Counted from the first letter of the stretch, positions 1 to 10,412 are shown. The stretch is DNA of 64,000 nucleotides from an uncultured cyanobacterium (GCA_963703315.1 OY969811.1:800001-864000), one strand, 5' to 3'. Program-made: numbers and translations. Notes: generated by a model from the sequence alone, not told the origin.

Positions 1-357
1 ATTCGCCTATTTTCATCACGGGATCTTGACCGTATGGTGATCCAACTGCGCGATCGCCAGCTTGATGCGATGATCCTTGATGAACCTGTGGCAGTATGGC
101 AAGTACGCAACAATCCTAACTTTATAATTGTTGGGGAGCCGCTAATTCCGATTCGTCTAGTGGCGATCGTCAACAAAGATGATGTATCACTCAAAAAAGC
201 CGTAGACAAGGCTTTAACAGAGATGCGTCAAGAGGGTAAACTCGAACAAATACTTAAGAGGTGGAACCTGTGGGAAAGCCAGACAACTTTAAAATCGACA
301 AAGGTCTTGCCAGTTACGGTATTAGCGATCATTACGCCGTACTCGGTTTACCAATGA
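1..357 (+). CDS. Polar amino-acid ABC transporter substrate-binding protein, 3' part (start lies upstream of window)
   Basis: SBP family 3-like C-terminus (LDAMILDEPVA...LKKAVDKALTEMRQEGKLEQILKRW); frame open from base 1. Confidence 0.75.
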   Translation: MRLFSSRDLDRMVIQLRDRQLDAMILDEPVAVWQVRNNPNFIIVGEPLIPIRLVAIVNKDDVSLKKAVDKALTEMRQEGKLEQILKRWNLWESQTTLKSTKVLPVTVLAIITPYSVYQ

Positions 358-1154
358 CCACCGATGCCGCGCAAATTCGCAAAAAATTTCTCAAGCTTGC
401 CAAAATTCTGCACCCTGATGTTTTTGGAAGAAATGCTGAAGAGAAAGAAATTGCTACCAAATATTTCTCAAAGATGGTCAGCCCTGCCTATCAACTGCTC
501 AATAGCGATCGCGAGCGGGGGGAATATTTAGCAACCTTGAGAATGTTTGCTCAAAATAAAAAACAAAAACAAGAAACTCCCACCTTTAGTTCCGAAATCG
601 CTCAAAAACTATATCGGATTCCCCATGAGATTACCTACAAACAATATGTAGAAGAAGTATCTCCGAAGCAGTACGAAACTCTCGATTCGATTTTGGAATA
701 TACCTCGATTCTTAGTGAATTAAATCTGGTCTATTTGTTCACTCAAAATAGTTTCAGCTTTACTTCAGGTAGTAGTGCGGCATCTGCATCTAACAACCAA
801 ATAGCTAATGCCGAAGCAACTCCAGTCAAACCACCAGCCCAATCACCTGCGTTGCGGAACTTGAACATGGCAGAACTATTTATCAGCAAGAAACAATGGA
901 CTGATGCGCTCAAAGAATTGATTAATGCGGAAAAACTCGATCCTAATAATGCTAAGGTCTATGCTTTGAAGGGCTTAGTGCAGATGAATCAAAATGCGGC
1001 GGCGATCGCCAAGACAAGTTTTCAGAAAGCGCTTAAACTTGATCCTAAAGAACCCACAGCCCTCAAATATATCAATCAGGTCAATGCCGCGACAAAACCA
1101 CCAGAGAAACCACCAGAAAAGAAAGGCGGTCTGTTTGGTTGGGGTAAAAAATAA
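261..1154 (+). CDS. DnaJ-domain protein with C-terminal TPR repeats
   Basis: J-domain DHYAVLG...LHPD; TPR-like helices (AEKLDPNNAKVYALKG, FQKALKLDP). Confidence 0.85.
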   Translation: MEPVGKPDNFKIDKGLASYGISDHYAVLGLPMTTDAAQIRKKFLKLAKILHPDVFGRNAEEKEIATKYFSKMVSPAYQLLNSDRERGEYLATLRMFAQNKKQKQETPTFSSEIAQKLYRIPHEITYKQYVEEVSPKQYETLDSILEYTSILSELNLVYLFTQNSFSFTSGSSAASASNNQIANAEATPVKPPAQSPALRNLNMAELFISKKQWTDALKELINAEKLDPNNAKVYALKGLVQMNQNAAAIAKTSFQKALKLDPKEPTALKYINQVNAATKPPEKPPEKKGGLFGWGKK

Positions 1155-1218
1155 CTGATCATATTTCTCGCTAAAGGTAGTAGATCTTGATCATGTCAGT
1201 TACAGCGAGGCAGCAAAC

Positions 1219-2238
1219 TTGGATTTCCGCAAACTAAAATACTACCGACATAATTCTCTAATTCTAGTTATTAGTGGCGATCAGCAGCTTTTGTCTGCGA
1301 TCGCCGAAATTTTAGTAGCTGAAAAATATAATTTCATCACCGAAACCAGTGGTGAAAAAGCATGGGAAATCATTCTCCAAAAGAAGCCTGCGATCATTCT
1401 TGCTGATTGGAAAGTCCCAGATGTCTCAGGTCTAGTGCTTTGCCATCGGGTCAAGGCAAATCTTGAACATCCTGAACTAATAACGACTTACTTTGTCTTG
1501 ATCGTCGAATCTTTAAACTCTCAACAGCGCCAAATTGGGTTAGATACGGGTGTCGATGAATTTCTTGGTAATCCTATAGATATCTCGGAACTAAAGACAA
1601 GATTGCGTACAGGGCTGCGAGTTAGTGCTTTGGTTCAGTCTTTAACATGGACAAATCAAAGGTTGCTAGCTCAAAATGGGGTGCTGGAGGCGCTTACATT
1701 ATCTGATCCCTTGACTAAGGTTTTGAGTGAGCAAGCCTTTGTCGAGATCATGCCCAAAATGATGCAGCAGTTTAGAGGATTTGGGACTTATAAAAGTTAC
1801 CGTTTCCTGAGTGTGTTGATCATTGATGTTGATCGGTTTACATCAGTTATTCAGTCCTACGGTGAGAAAATTGGGGATGAGGCTGTCAAGGCGATCGCAG
1901 GGCGCTTAAGCCATAGCTGTGATGCGAATAGCTTGATTTACCGTTATGGGTTAGATGAGTTTGTCTGTGTCACTCCCCATCAGGATGCTGCAAGTGGTAT
2001 CCAACTTTCTCACAATCTCCTTGCGAGCATTCGCAGTCATCCGATCGCAGTTTCATCAGGACTGCTATTCCCGATGACGATTAGTATTGGGGGGGTAGTC
2101 ACCGCCCTCGAAGATTCACATCAACAGATGCTCAACATTAGTTTTGGCGAACTGGTAGCTCTCTCTGAAAAACATCTCGTTCAAGTTCAAAAATCTGGTG
2201 GCGATCGCGACTACATCGAAGAAATAACAAATTTGTAA
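1219..2238 (+). CDS. Response regulator receiver + GGDEF-like domain (degenerate active site)
   Basis: Receiver motif ILADWKVPDVSGL; DPLT, IIDVDRF, RYGLDEF, TISIG motifs. Confidence 0.8.
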   Translation: MDFRKLKYYRHNSLILVISGDQQLLSAIAEILVAEKYNFITETSGEKAWEIILQKKPAIILADWKVPDVSGLVLCHRVKANLEHPELITTYFVLIVESLNSQQRQIGLDTGVDEFLGNPIDISELKTRLRTGLRVSALVQSLTWTNQRLLAQNGVLEALTLSDPLTKVLSEQAFVEIMPKMMQQFRGFGTYKSYRFLSVLIIDVDRFTSVIQSYGEKIGDEAVKAIAGRLSHSCDANSLIYRYGLDEFVCVTPHQDAASGIQLSHNLLASIRSHPIAVSSGLLFPMTISIGGVVTALEDSHQQMLNISFGELVALSEKHLVQVQKSGGDRDYIEEITNL

Positions 2239-2259
2239 GTAATGCCGTAGGTCAAACCG

Positions 2260-2937
2260 ATGTCAAAAGCTAAATCAGCAGTAATCCTTGAACCTGTGCA
2301 GTTTCAAATCGGGCAGATTGAAATTCTCGCAGGTCAAAGGGCGATTTTACATCGCATTGCATGGAATCAGTTTGAAAAAATCCTTGAAGAACTAGGTGAA
2401 CACCGTGCTTCGCGCATTGCTTACTACGACGGAACTTTGGAAATAAGAATGCCTTTACCAGAACATGAACGCGCTAAAGTGATTATTGGCGATCTTTTGA
2501 AAATTTTGCTAGATGAGCTAAATCTTGAGTGGGAATCCTTAGGCTCATCAACTTTTAAAAGCATCAAAATGTCCGTAGGGATCGAGCCAGATGATTGCTT
2601 TTATATCAAAAATTATGCAGCGATGATTGGGAAGAAACGCCTTGATTTAGAGATCGATCCACCCCCTGATATTGCGATCGAGGTAGATCTTACTTCTAAT
2701 ACGCAAATCAGTGCATATCAAGCTTTGGGCGTACCTGAAATCTGGCGTTATCAGCAAGGAAAGTTATTAATTTACATTTTGCGTAATGGTAAATACAGCG
2801 AGTCAGATACGAGTCTTGCTTTTGCAAATTTGCCTGTAATTGAAGGAATATCTCAGTTTTTAGAACGCAGTAATGATATCCCAATTAGTGCAGTCCGCCG
2901 CGAGTTTCGTCAATGGTTAAAACAGTTGTCAAATTAA
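2260..2937 (+). CDS. Uma2 family (DUF820) endonuclease
   Basis: EPDDCFY, PPPDIAIEVD, YQALGVPEIWRY motifs. Confidence 0.9.
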   Translation: MSKAKSAVILEPVQFQIGQIEILAGQRAILHRIAWNQFEKILEELGEHRASRIAYYDGTLEIRMPLPEHERAKVIIGDLLKILLDELNLEWESLGSSTFKSIKMSVGIEPDDCFYIKNYAAMIGKKRLDLEIDPPPDIAIEVDLTSNTQISAYQALGVPEIWRYQQGKLLIYILRNGKYSESDTSLAFANLPVIEGISQFLERSNDIPISAVRREFRQWLKQLSN

Positions 2938-2964
2938 CTGGGCAAAGCCCAGTTAATTTGTGCC

Positions 2965-3963
2965 TTAATCTTTGTGGCGGGAAGCCTTGATTTGATCGAT
3001 GAAAAATTCTTCGAGGGTTTGGCGGGCTAGCTCGATCGCGATCGCCTTTGCACCAATACTCGCAATATAGGTTAAAAACTCTGGTAAATCCTTAGCTAAC
3101 TGACCATGCCAAGTATCACCTTGAAAAATTAAATGCTCTAACCAAGGTTTTAACTCCGCCTCCGAGCCACCACGACCACTGACCTGATAGGACTGCTCTG
3201 TACCCAATAACTCATTTAAAGTCCCCATCGCCACCAGTTCGCCTTTATTGAGAATGCCAATGCGATCGCAGATCAATTCCACATCCGACAAAATGTGACT
3301 GTTAAAAAATACCGTTTTGCCCTGATTTTTGAGCATCAAAATAATTTCACGTACTTGATAGCGCCCTACAGGATCAAGCCCAGACATCGGCTCATCGAGA
3401 AACACTACTTCAGGATCATTGATCAAAGCTTGAGCAACACCAATTCTCTGCACCATCCCCTTAGAATATTGGCGCAACTGCTTCTTCCTTGCAACCGACT
3501 GGGACAAACCAACGAGGTCTAATAAATCGGCAATTCTTTGGCGGCGTAAAGATGACTCTACCCCAAATAAATTACCAATGAAATCTAGTAGCTCCCATCC
3601 AGTCAAATAATCATAATAATATGCATTTTCTGGCAAATAACCAATAAATTGCTTAGCAGTGCGATCGCCTAGGGGATATCCTAAAATCTCACCCGTCCCC
3701 GATGTGGGCTTCACGATCCCCAATAAAATTTTGAGTAATGTAGTTTTGCCTGCACCATTGGGACCTAGCACCCCAAAGGTCTCACCTTTACGAATAGTTA
3801 AGGACAAATCCTGTAAAGAGCTAATTTTTTGATTTAACCAAAAGCCAGTACGATAGGTTTTGCTCAAGCCAGTCGCCACAATAGCGTTGCTCTGAATCAT
3901 CTCGGTCTGGGTTTCGTTAGTCAATACTTCTACCATAGCTGCGATCGAAGCTGCAAAATTCAC
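2965..3963 (-). CDS. ABC transporter ATP-binding protein (true start may be ATG 3936 or 3900)
   Basis: Walker A GPNGAGKTT, YSKGM signature, VFLDEP Walker B. Confidence 0.9.
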   Translation of the reverse strand: MNFAASIAAMVEVLTNETQTEMIQSNAIVATGLSKTYRTGFWLNQKISSLQDLSLTIRKGETFGVLGPNGAGKTTLLKILLGIVKPTSGTGEILGYPLGDRTAKQFIGYLPENAYYYDYLTGWELLDFIGNLFGVESSLRRQRIADLLDLVGLSQSVARKKQLRQYSKGMVQRIGVAQALINDPEVVFLDEPMSGLDPVGRYQVREIILMLKNQGKTVFFNSHILSDVELICDRIGILNKGELVAMGTLNELLGTEQSYQVSGRGGSEAELKPWLEHLIFQGDTWHGQLAKDLPEFLTYIASIGAKAIAIELARQTLEEFFIDQIKASRHKD

Positions 3964-4308
3964 ACTTTAAGCCACTATTTTAACGTCAGTTCGGGATAAT
4001 TTAAACCTATAGCTGTTCCCAGTCTTGTGAAGCTGATCTTCTCACCTTCAATTTGGAGAATTCTTCAAAAATTGAGTTAGAGTTAGTTAGAGTTTAAAAG
4101 ACTAATTAAGTTCGTTCAATAAATCCAAATTATTTTTTGGAAAAACACAAGTTGTAATTTTTGTAAAAATAATTTGTGTTTTAGACCTATTTAAAAGTGC
4201 AAAATGCTTGTGGGCGGGTGAAAGATAAGGATTGTTATTTTCCTAATAGATATTCGTCAACAGATCACCTATACAATGTAGTGAAACAAGGCTAGATAGC
4301 GCCCAGCT

Positions 4309-5355
4309 ATGAGTAATATTTTTTTGCTGCCACCAAATCTAGACAAAAAGGAGCGTTTCGCCGCTTCTTGGGAATATTTGCTAGAAAATATTCAAGATTT
4401 GGGACAAGATTTTGTTGACTTTTTAATGCAACGTTCAGGAAAAGCCAGTTCAACCTTTATTAAAGCTATCAGCTATCCGTTTTTATCATCAGATATTCAG
4501 CCAGATATTTTGTTGGAATGTCAAGACTTTGATATTCTCTGCGATCACCGCCTAGATAGTGAATTAAGCAGACCCTCTTTAGATGCATTGTTGATTTTGG
4601 CTAAATTTCAGACAAAATCAACTTATATAGTGGTGATTAGTAATAGTTACTGTCTAATTGAGCCTGAGTTTTTAACTAGTGATGATGCGAAAAGATATTA
4701 CCTTCAGCCCCACGACCATAGCAATGCGTCTATGTCATATTTCTGTTGGCAGGATGTATATGCTTTAGTATCTCAAAGGCAAGAGCGTCTTGCCCATGAA
4801 TTTGCCGAATATATGCATTTCATGGATATGCAGCCTTGGCATCATAGTACATGGGGTGATTTGTTTCTTAATCCTCATGCAGCGTCTAGGTTTAGTCAGC
4901 ATTGGTTGTCAACGATCGCTTATTTTCAAGAGATGGCGATCGCCTCAAAGCTAAGTGGCTATAGTGCTTTAGAAGTGACTTCTCCTTTGCCTTGGTTGCA
5001 GTTGCTTTATATTTATGCCACGCGATCGGTACAGCATAATGATTTACAAGCTGTTAGCCCCTATCTGGTAGCAACGATTTGGATTAAGGGGGACGAAAGA
5101 AATCAGATTCGGTCTTTTCAAGGGATTTCCGATCGCTTTTTACTATCAGAAAATAATGATATTAATGTCGAAATCAGAGCAAGCTTGGCAGATGGTTTGT
5201 GGATGATCAAAACTGGTAGTCGCCCTAAACTTGCAGCAACCTATTACACTTCGCTTGATCGGATTGTGTCCGCAGATGGTGAGCAAATGCAGCAAAATTT
5301 GTTGAATTTTACTAAATCTGTTTTTAATCATGCCAAATCTAGAGAAAACCAATGA
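4309..5355 (+). CDS. Hypothetical protein, possibly degenerate PD-(D/E)XK nuclease-like
   Basis: 348-aa ORF; QPDILLE...ILCDHRL resembles PD..(D/E)xK spacing but lacks the Lys. Confidence 0.55.
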   Translation: MSNIFLLPPNLDKKERFAASWEYLLENIQDLGQDFVDFLMQRSGKASSTFIKAISYPFLSSDIQPDILLECQDFDILCDHRLDSELSRPSLDALLILAKFQTKSTYIVVISNSYCLIEPEFLTSDDAKRYYLQPHDHSNASMSYFCWQDVYALVSQRQERLAHEFAEYMHFMDMQPWHHSTWGDLFLNPHAASRFSQHWLSTIAYFQEMAIASKLSGYSALEVTSPLPWLQLLYIYATRSVQHNDLQAVSPYLVATIWIKGDERNQIRSFQGISDRFLLSENNDINVEIRASLADGLWMIKTGSRPKLAATYYTSLDRIVSADGEQMQQNLLNFTKSVFNHAKSRENQ

Positions 5356-5419
5356 TTGATGCGCGTCTTCGCCGCATATCAATCATTGTCATTAAGGTTG
5401 TGTTGCATTGTGACACCAC

Positions 5420-6316
5420 TTATCGTGAGTTTTTGGTCACTTCAACATAGATATTTTCAAGTCGAACTGGTTGACGGGTGATTGACTCGATTTCTATGCC
5501 ATCAAAACATTCCAAAATTTCCTTTAACTCCATCGCCTTGGGTAACCAAAAGGCAAGATCGCGTCCATAGTGGCGATAGGTAAAGCCAAGCTCAACACCT
5601 CTCGCGATCGCCAAATCTTCATTGGGCGTACAAATGATCGCAATTTCTTGGGCAGGGACATATTGACGTAGTTGTTCGAGACTTCCCTCAGCTAATAGGC
5701 TGCCTTGCTTGATAATGCCAATACGCTGACAGAGCCGTTCAGCTTCTTCGAGCATATGAGTCGTCAGTAAAATCGCTGTATCCTGACTGCACAGCTTGCG
5801 AATTAATTCCCAAATTTCATAACGAGCTTCGATATCTAGTCCTGTAGTTGGCTCATCGAGAACTACTAGTTGCGGCTGATGGACAAGGGCGATCGCCATG
5901 CTCAGACGGCGTTGCATTCCCCCACTCAGAGTTTCGGCAATACTTTTAGCGCGATCGCTTAGCCCCACTAGTTCTAGGCAATATTGGGCTTGCTTCCGAC
6001 AAGCGACTTTACTCAAACCATAAAGTTGACCAAAAAAATGAAGATTTTCTTCACAGGTCAAGCTTTTATAAAAAATATTTTCCTGTGGCGCAACACCGAT
6101 TAGCGATCGCATTGCCCCTGAAGATGTTTGTCCATTCATGGTGATACTGCCGCGATCGGCTTGGATCAGTCCACATAGAATGCTAATTGTAGTGGTCTTG
6201 CCAGCTCCGTTTGGTCCCAATAACCCATAGACTTCCCCCGACTGAATTGCAAAGCTCAAGTCCCGCAAAACTTGCTTCTTTCCATAAGATTTACAGATTT
6301 TGCGAACCTCTAACAC
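5420..6316 (-). CDS. ABC transporter ATP-binding protein (multidrug/ABC-2 type)
   Basis: GPNGAGKTT, LSGGM, VVLDEPT motifs. Confidence 0.9.
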   Translation of the reverse strand: MLEVRKICKSYGKKQVLRDLSFAIQSGEVYGLLGPNGAGKTTTISILCGLIQADRGSITMNGQTSSGAMRSLIGVAPQENIFYKSLTCEENLHFFGQLYGLSKVACRKQAQYCLELVGLSDRAKSIAETLSGGMQRRLSMAIALVHQPQLVVLDEPTTGLDIEARYEIWELIRKLCSQDTAILLTTHMLEEAERLCQRIGIIKQGSLLAEGSLEQLRQYVPAQEIAIICTPNEDLAIARGVELGFTYRHYGRDLAFWLPKAMELKEILECFDGIEIESITRQPVRLENIYVEVTKNSR

Positions 6317-6359
6317 AGGTGTATTTATCCTTAATTTAATTTTTCAAGTATAGCAAGTG

Positions 6360-6462
6360 ATACCGAAACTAAAAATGGCTATGCCATTTTTAGTTTTGAA
6401 ACCCTTTACTAGATTTTAGTTTTAATTTACAAAAAAGTTAGCACACTTTCGCAAATCGGCAT
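6360..6462. mobile_element. MITE-like family C copy (ATACC...GGTAT, two hairpins), diverged
   Basis: Aligns with 28328-28426 and 34789-34887. Confidence 0.7.
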
Positions 6463-6485
6463 GACGCAATCTTAATAAAAGCTAT

Positions 6486-6588
6486 TAAGTAGCTGGGCGC
6501 AATTAAATATAAAACCCAAAACCTGTGGCGCACGCGCAGCGTGCGCCACAGGTTTTGGTTCTGGTTTTTAATTATGACTAGCTACTTA
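6486..6588. mobile_element. MITE-like family B copy (TAAGTAGCT...AGCTACTTA)
   Basis: 9-bp terminal inverted repeat with central hairpin; related to 47485-47564, 53732-53835, 58188-58240. Confidence 0.75.
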
Positions 6589-9003
6589 ATACTGCAAAAT
6601 GTTGTACTCACTTTGAGGCAATATCAAGGTTGATTCGATTTGGTTTTTAACCAGAGGACTGATGTACTCAGCATTATTGAGACATTCAATTAAAAGTCGA
6701 TTGGCATCATGGTAAGTTCTCAATACTTTTAACTGGTTTTCGCTAAATTGCCATTCTTGCGAGCTTTTACGATTATGAACGATCAAGTTGCGTAATGTCT
6801 TTGACCACTCTAAACCCTTTGCTTGCCACCATTTAGCAAAAGTTTCTCTATCTTTGTAAGGATTAGGAAATGTTTGGCGTAAAAGTTGTAATCCTAGATT
6901 TAGATCAGGCTCAAGAGCGCAGGCTAATTCCACAAAGGGATGATTAGAGAAGTAGAGGGCGAGGTCAAGATTTAGAGCAAGATTGATGGTGTAATCAATA
7001 TCGACTTCTGTTTCCATTGTATTGTCAATGCCCAATGATTTTGTCCGAGCGCGTTCTAAGGATCGCGAATGAGCGATATCTAAGGCACGGGCGCGATCAA
7101 GCGATCGCGTATTCTCCAAATCAATATCTAGATATAAAGCCCGAATTGTGACTGCTTTATAGGGAGTTTGGATTTGAATTGACTGTTGATTTACCCATGT
7201 CAAAAATGACTGTAAGTGCGGATCTTTGTTGACAAGTTCATCGATTTTCCGTTTCATCATCTGCAACATCTGATCGGCTTGCTGAGAGATGCTCACAGTC
7301 ATCACAATCACACCGTACCAACGTTTAAAATAGATCCTCTCTAGTAAATATTTCTGGGCAGCCGCAGGATTACTATTGGCAATACGATAGGCAGCAAGAT
7401 AGTCATGTAAGGTCGTGTGAGATAGGGAGTAAATTCCTTTTGCACATTCAATTAAGAGACTATGTTGCCATTTGAGAACTTGACACAGGCGATCGCGATC
7501 AATTTGGAGATGAGATAAACTGCGACTCGCATTAATGCAGGCTTGCAAGTCATTTTCTAGTTCATTGTTTTGCCAAATATAGCCATGCCGATCCAGCGAT
7601 ACGATCGCCACATAGGAAAGTAAATCCTGTGTTTGCGAAATTGATAATTCCTGATTTGTCTGATGAGATAAGCATTTAGTCTGCTCCCATGTAGTCAAGA
7701 GAAGATTTAAAATTTCTTGATAAAAGTTAGGTTTGAGATATTCACAACTATTAAAGACTGTGCAGAGATGGGTCAAAAATAGAGGATTGCTAGCAATTTC
7801 TGCTAAGGGCTGATTTGTTGCTAGTAGTTGCTGAAACTTTTCATCTTTTTTGTTTTTGGGTGAACTAGTAGTTTGAAACCATTTTTTAGCAAATGTAGTT
7901 ATTTGTGATTCTCGAAAAGGTGCAATTTCTATTGTCGAGAAGGATTCTAAAATATGATTATAAATAGCATTACGAGTAGCAATCACCATGCGATTTTGGG
8001 GATAGCGATCGCTAAAGTTAACTATTTGCTGAGCAATTTCTGGACGTTGATGTTCAGGTACATCATCCAAGCCTTCCCAAAGCAAGAACAAGCGTCCTTC
8101 AGTTAATAACTGTTCTATTAGTTTATTACTGGAAAATCCATAATTAAGTAGTTGAGTTTGTAACCATGTCAATGGATGACACTGATTATTAAAATAAACA
8201 AGCGATCGCAGTGGTAAAAATACAGGTAAATAATTGGGAAGAATCTGACTATTAATACAAGCGATCGCCCAATGTTTGAGTAAGGTGGTTTTTCCTACAC
8301 CTAAACCGCCCACCAGCAAAATGAGTTTATTTTTTTCTAGGGCTTGATCTGCGGTAATCGTTGGCGGATAGAGTTTAGCTAGATAAAAGCGATCGTATTG
8401 CTCAGGAGGCACATTAGCAAAAGTTTCATTGAGATCGAGATATTGACTACTCGGTAAATTTGTAAAAACATGAATATCGGTATATAAATCATGTAAATTC
8501 AGTGGATGATTTATATCAATTACTCTAAGGCGATCGCATTGACGTATTAATGTAGAAGCAATTTTTTGGCGTATTGTTTGCACATAATCATCAGTATCCA
8601 TTTGTGAATTTACAGACAAATCATCTAGATAATCATCCAGATCTTGATTGCTATTTTCTAATCGTGAAGCATCATTTGGATTAACAATTGATGCTTCAGT
8701 ATCACTATTGATTTGACTATGATCATTAGATTTCTTTGCTTGAGTATCTATGAGACTATCAATATCTTCTAACGATGTTTCCGAATAAATATTTAGAGGA
8801 AGATTTAGTTTTTCACAAACTAATTCATAGGTATTCCGATCAACAACTTCACCATTTAAGAAGTTCTCAACTAATTGTACTGCCAGATCAAGTTCATCCG
8901 CTAATTGTAAAGCAGTATATCCTTGCAGTAGAATCTCATTTTTTGCTTGATCAAGAACATCTAACGGTACTCTTAGCATAAATGCAGTAACCATATTTCT
9001 CAT
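6586..9003 (-). CDS. NACHT-family NTPase with N-terminal HTH-like region and cyanobacterial C-terminal helical domain
   Basis: GGLGVGKTT Walker A, LPVFLPLR, WEGLDD Walker B-like, IATR, NPLFL, HTTLHDYLAA; C-terminal WQFS...YHDANRLLIECLN. Confidence 0.85.
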   Translation of the reverse strand: MRNMVTAFMLRVPLDVLDQAKNEILLQGYTALQLADELDLAVQLVENFLNGEVVDRNTYELVCEKLNLPLNIYSETSLEDIDSLIDTQAKKSNDHSQINSDTEASIVNPNDASRLENSNQDLDDYLDDLSVNSQMDTDDYVQTIRQKIASTLIRQCDRLRVIDINHPLNLHDLYTDIHVFTNLPSSQYLDLNETFANVPPEQYDRFYLAKLYPPTITADQALEKNKLILLVGGLGVGKTTLLKHWAIACINSQILPNYLPVFLPLRSLVYFNNQCHPLTWLQTQLLNYGFSSNKLIEQLLTEGRLFLLWEGLDDVPEHQRPEIAQQIVNFSDRYPQNRMVIATRNAIYNHILESFSTIEIAPFRESQITTFAKKWFQTTSSPKNKKDEKFQQLLATNQPLAEIASNPLFLTHLCTVFNSCEYLKPNFYQEILNLLLTTWEQTKCLSHQTNQELSISQTQDLLSYVAIVSLDRHGYIWQNNELENDLQACINASRSLSHLQIDRDRLCQVLKWQHSLLIECAKGIYSLSHTTLHDYLAAYRIANSNPAAAQKYLLERIYFKRWYGVIVMTVSISQQADQMLQMMKRKIDELVNKDPHLQSFLTWVNQQSIQIQTPYKAVTIRALYLDIDLENTRSLDRARALDIAHSRSLERARTKSLGIDNTMETEVDIDYTINLALNLDLALYFSNHPFVELACALEPDLNLGLQLLRQTFPNPYKDRETFAKWWQAKGLEWSKTLRNLIVHNRKSSQEWQFSENQLKVLRTYHDANRLLIECLNNAEYISPLVKNQIESTLILPQSEYNILQY

Positions 9004-9205
9004 TCCTTATGTTTACAGCTTGTTGAGACTTAAAGTAGTACAGAGAGATTTTTGAAAGTGCGGCAAAGTCGTGCTTTCAAAAATCTCTCTGGGTTTCAAG
9101 TCAGAGCAAAGCGCTTGTAAACAAGATATATCACAATCCTAAATAGTTAAGACTAAAATAAATCGGATTTGGTATAATCAATGAAAATAAGCTAAATTCA
9201 GAATT

Positions 9206-9862
9206 ATGACTGTGACAACAGCATCACAATCCTTAAGAGTTTTGATTGTTGAAGATGATCCATTGATCCAACTTGGGTTAGAGCAATCCCTTTCTCAGCA
9301 GCCAAATATCACCGTTATCGGGATCGCAGACGATGGTTATATCGGTGTAAAAATGGCACAGGAGCTAAATCCTGACATCATTGTCATGGATATTGGTTTA
9401 CCAAGACTGGATGGAATTTCGGCAACCCAGAAAATCAAAAAAGCTTCGCCTAAAGTTCATATTGTGATGCTTAGCTCCCATACTGATGATACGGAAATTA
9501 TCGCAGCGCTATCGAGTGGAGCCGATGCCTATTGTGTGAAGGGTACAAGTACAGAGACTCTTTTAGCTGCTTTTACTGCCGCTAAGGAAGGAGCTACCTA
9601 TCTCGATCCTCAAGTTGCTCGCAAAGTGATGGATCATCTGAAGCCCCCCACTCAACCTGAAAATACTTCACACCTATCACAACGAGAATTAGAGGTGTTG
9701 AAGTTGATTGTGGAAGGCAAGAGCAACCCTGAAATTGCAAAGACGCTTTACCTCAGCCCTAACACGATTAAAACTCATGTACGCGGCATTATGAATAAGT
9801 TATCTGTTGACGATCGCGTACAGGCTGCTGTAGTTGCTTTGCGATCGGGCTTAGTAAACTAA
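9206..9862 (+). CDS. NarL/LuxR-family two-component response regulator
   Basis: Receiver (VMDIGLPRLDG) + LuxR HTH (LSQRELEVL...EIAKTLYLSPNTIKTHV). Confidence 0.95.
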   Translation: MTVTTASQSLRVLIVEDDPLIQLGLEQSLSQQPNITVIGIADDGYIGVKMAQELNPDIIVMDIGLPRLDGISATQKIKKASPKVHIVMLSSHTDDTEIIAALSSGADAYCVKGTSTETLLAAFTAAKEGATYLDPQVARKVMDHLKPPTQPENTSHLSQRELEVLKLIVEGKSNPEIAKTLYLSPNTIKTHVRGIMNKLSVDDRVQAAVVALRSGLVN

Positions 9863-9959
9863 CTATTAAAGTGGCGGCGCATCGCACCGCCACTTTAATA
9901 GTTGGTGTTGAGGCGATAAAATAAGCAATAATTAAGCAGTAAGTTAAGCGATAAAAACT

Positions 9960-10412
9960 GTGGCACATACCTTTTTAGTGCAACCTGGAAGATGGACTCT
10001 CGAAGGAAATTGGATAGAGCGAGACTCCATGCCAATTGCGGTTAAGGGGAGAACTTTAGTAGGTTGGTCAAAGGATAATTTTTGGTTTACGATGGTCACG
10101 AAGTTGACCTTTCCTGAAAGCGATCGCGAAGAATTAACGATGACTTATAAAGGCAGAATCGACTCGGATGAGCGGCGCTTTACCTTTGTCGTTGATGATA
10201 GCTTTTTGGGAAAAGTCGAAGGAGAGGGAATAATTGGGCCTGACTCAATTGTGCAAAGATACTGGGTCATGGGTGACAAAAAAATGCGAACGGGTTTTCA
10301 GACGTTGCATCGTCGAGATAGCAATATTTACGCGCTAGTTAGTGGGATCATTGCAGGGCAGAATTTAGAAAGCACGATGGAAGCAGTGCTAACCCGTCAC
10401 GTTGATTCTTAA
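9960..10412 (+). CDS. Hypothetical protein
   Basis: 150-aa ORF with GTG start, beta-rich, followed by terminator-like hairpin. Confidence 0.7.
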   Translation: MAHTFLVQPGRWTLEGNWIERDSMPIAVKGRTLVGWSKDNFWFTMVTKLTFPESDREELTMTYKGRIDSDERRFTFVVDDSFLGKVEGEGIIGPDSIVQRYWVMGDKKMRTGFQTLHRRDSNIYALVSGIIAGQNLESTMEAVLTRHVDS

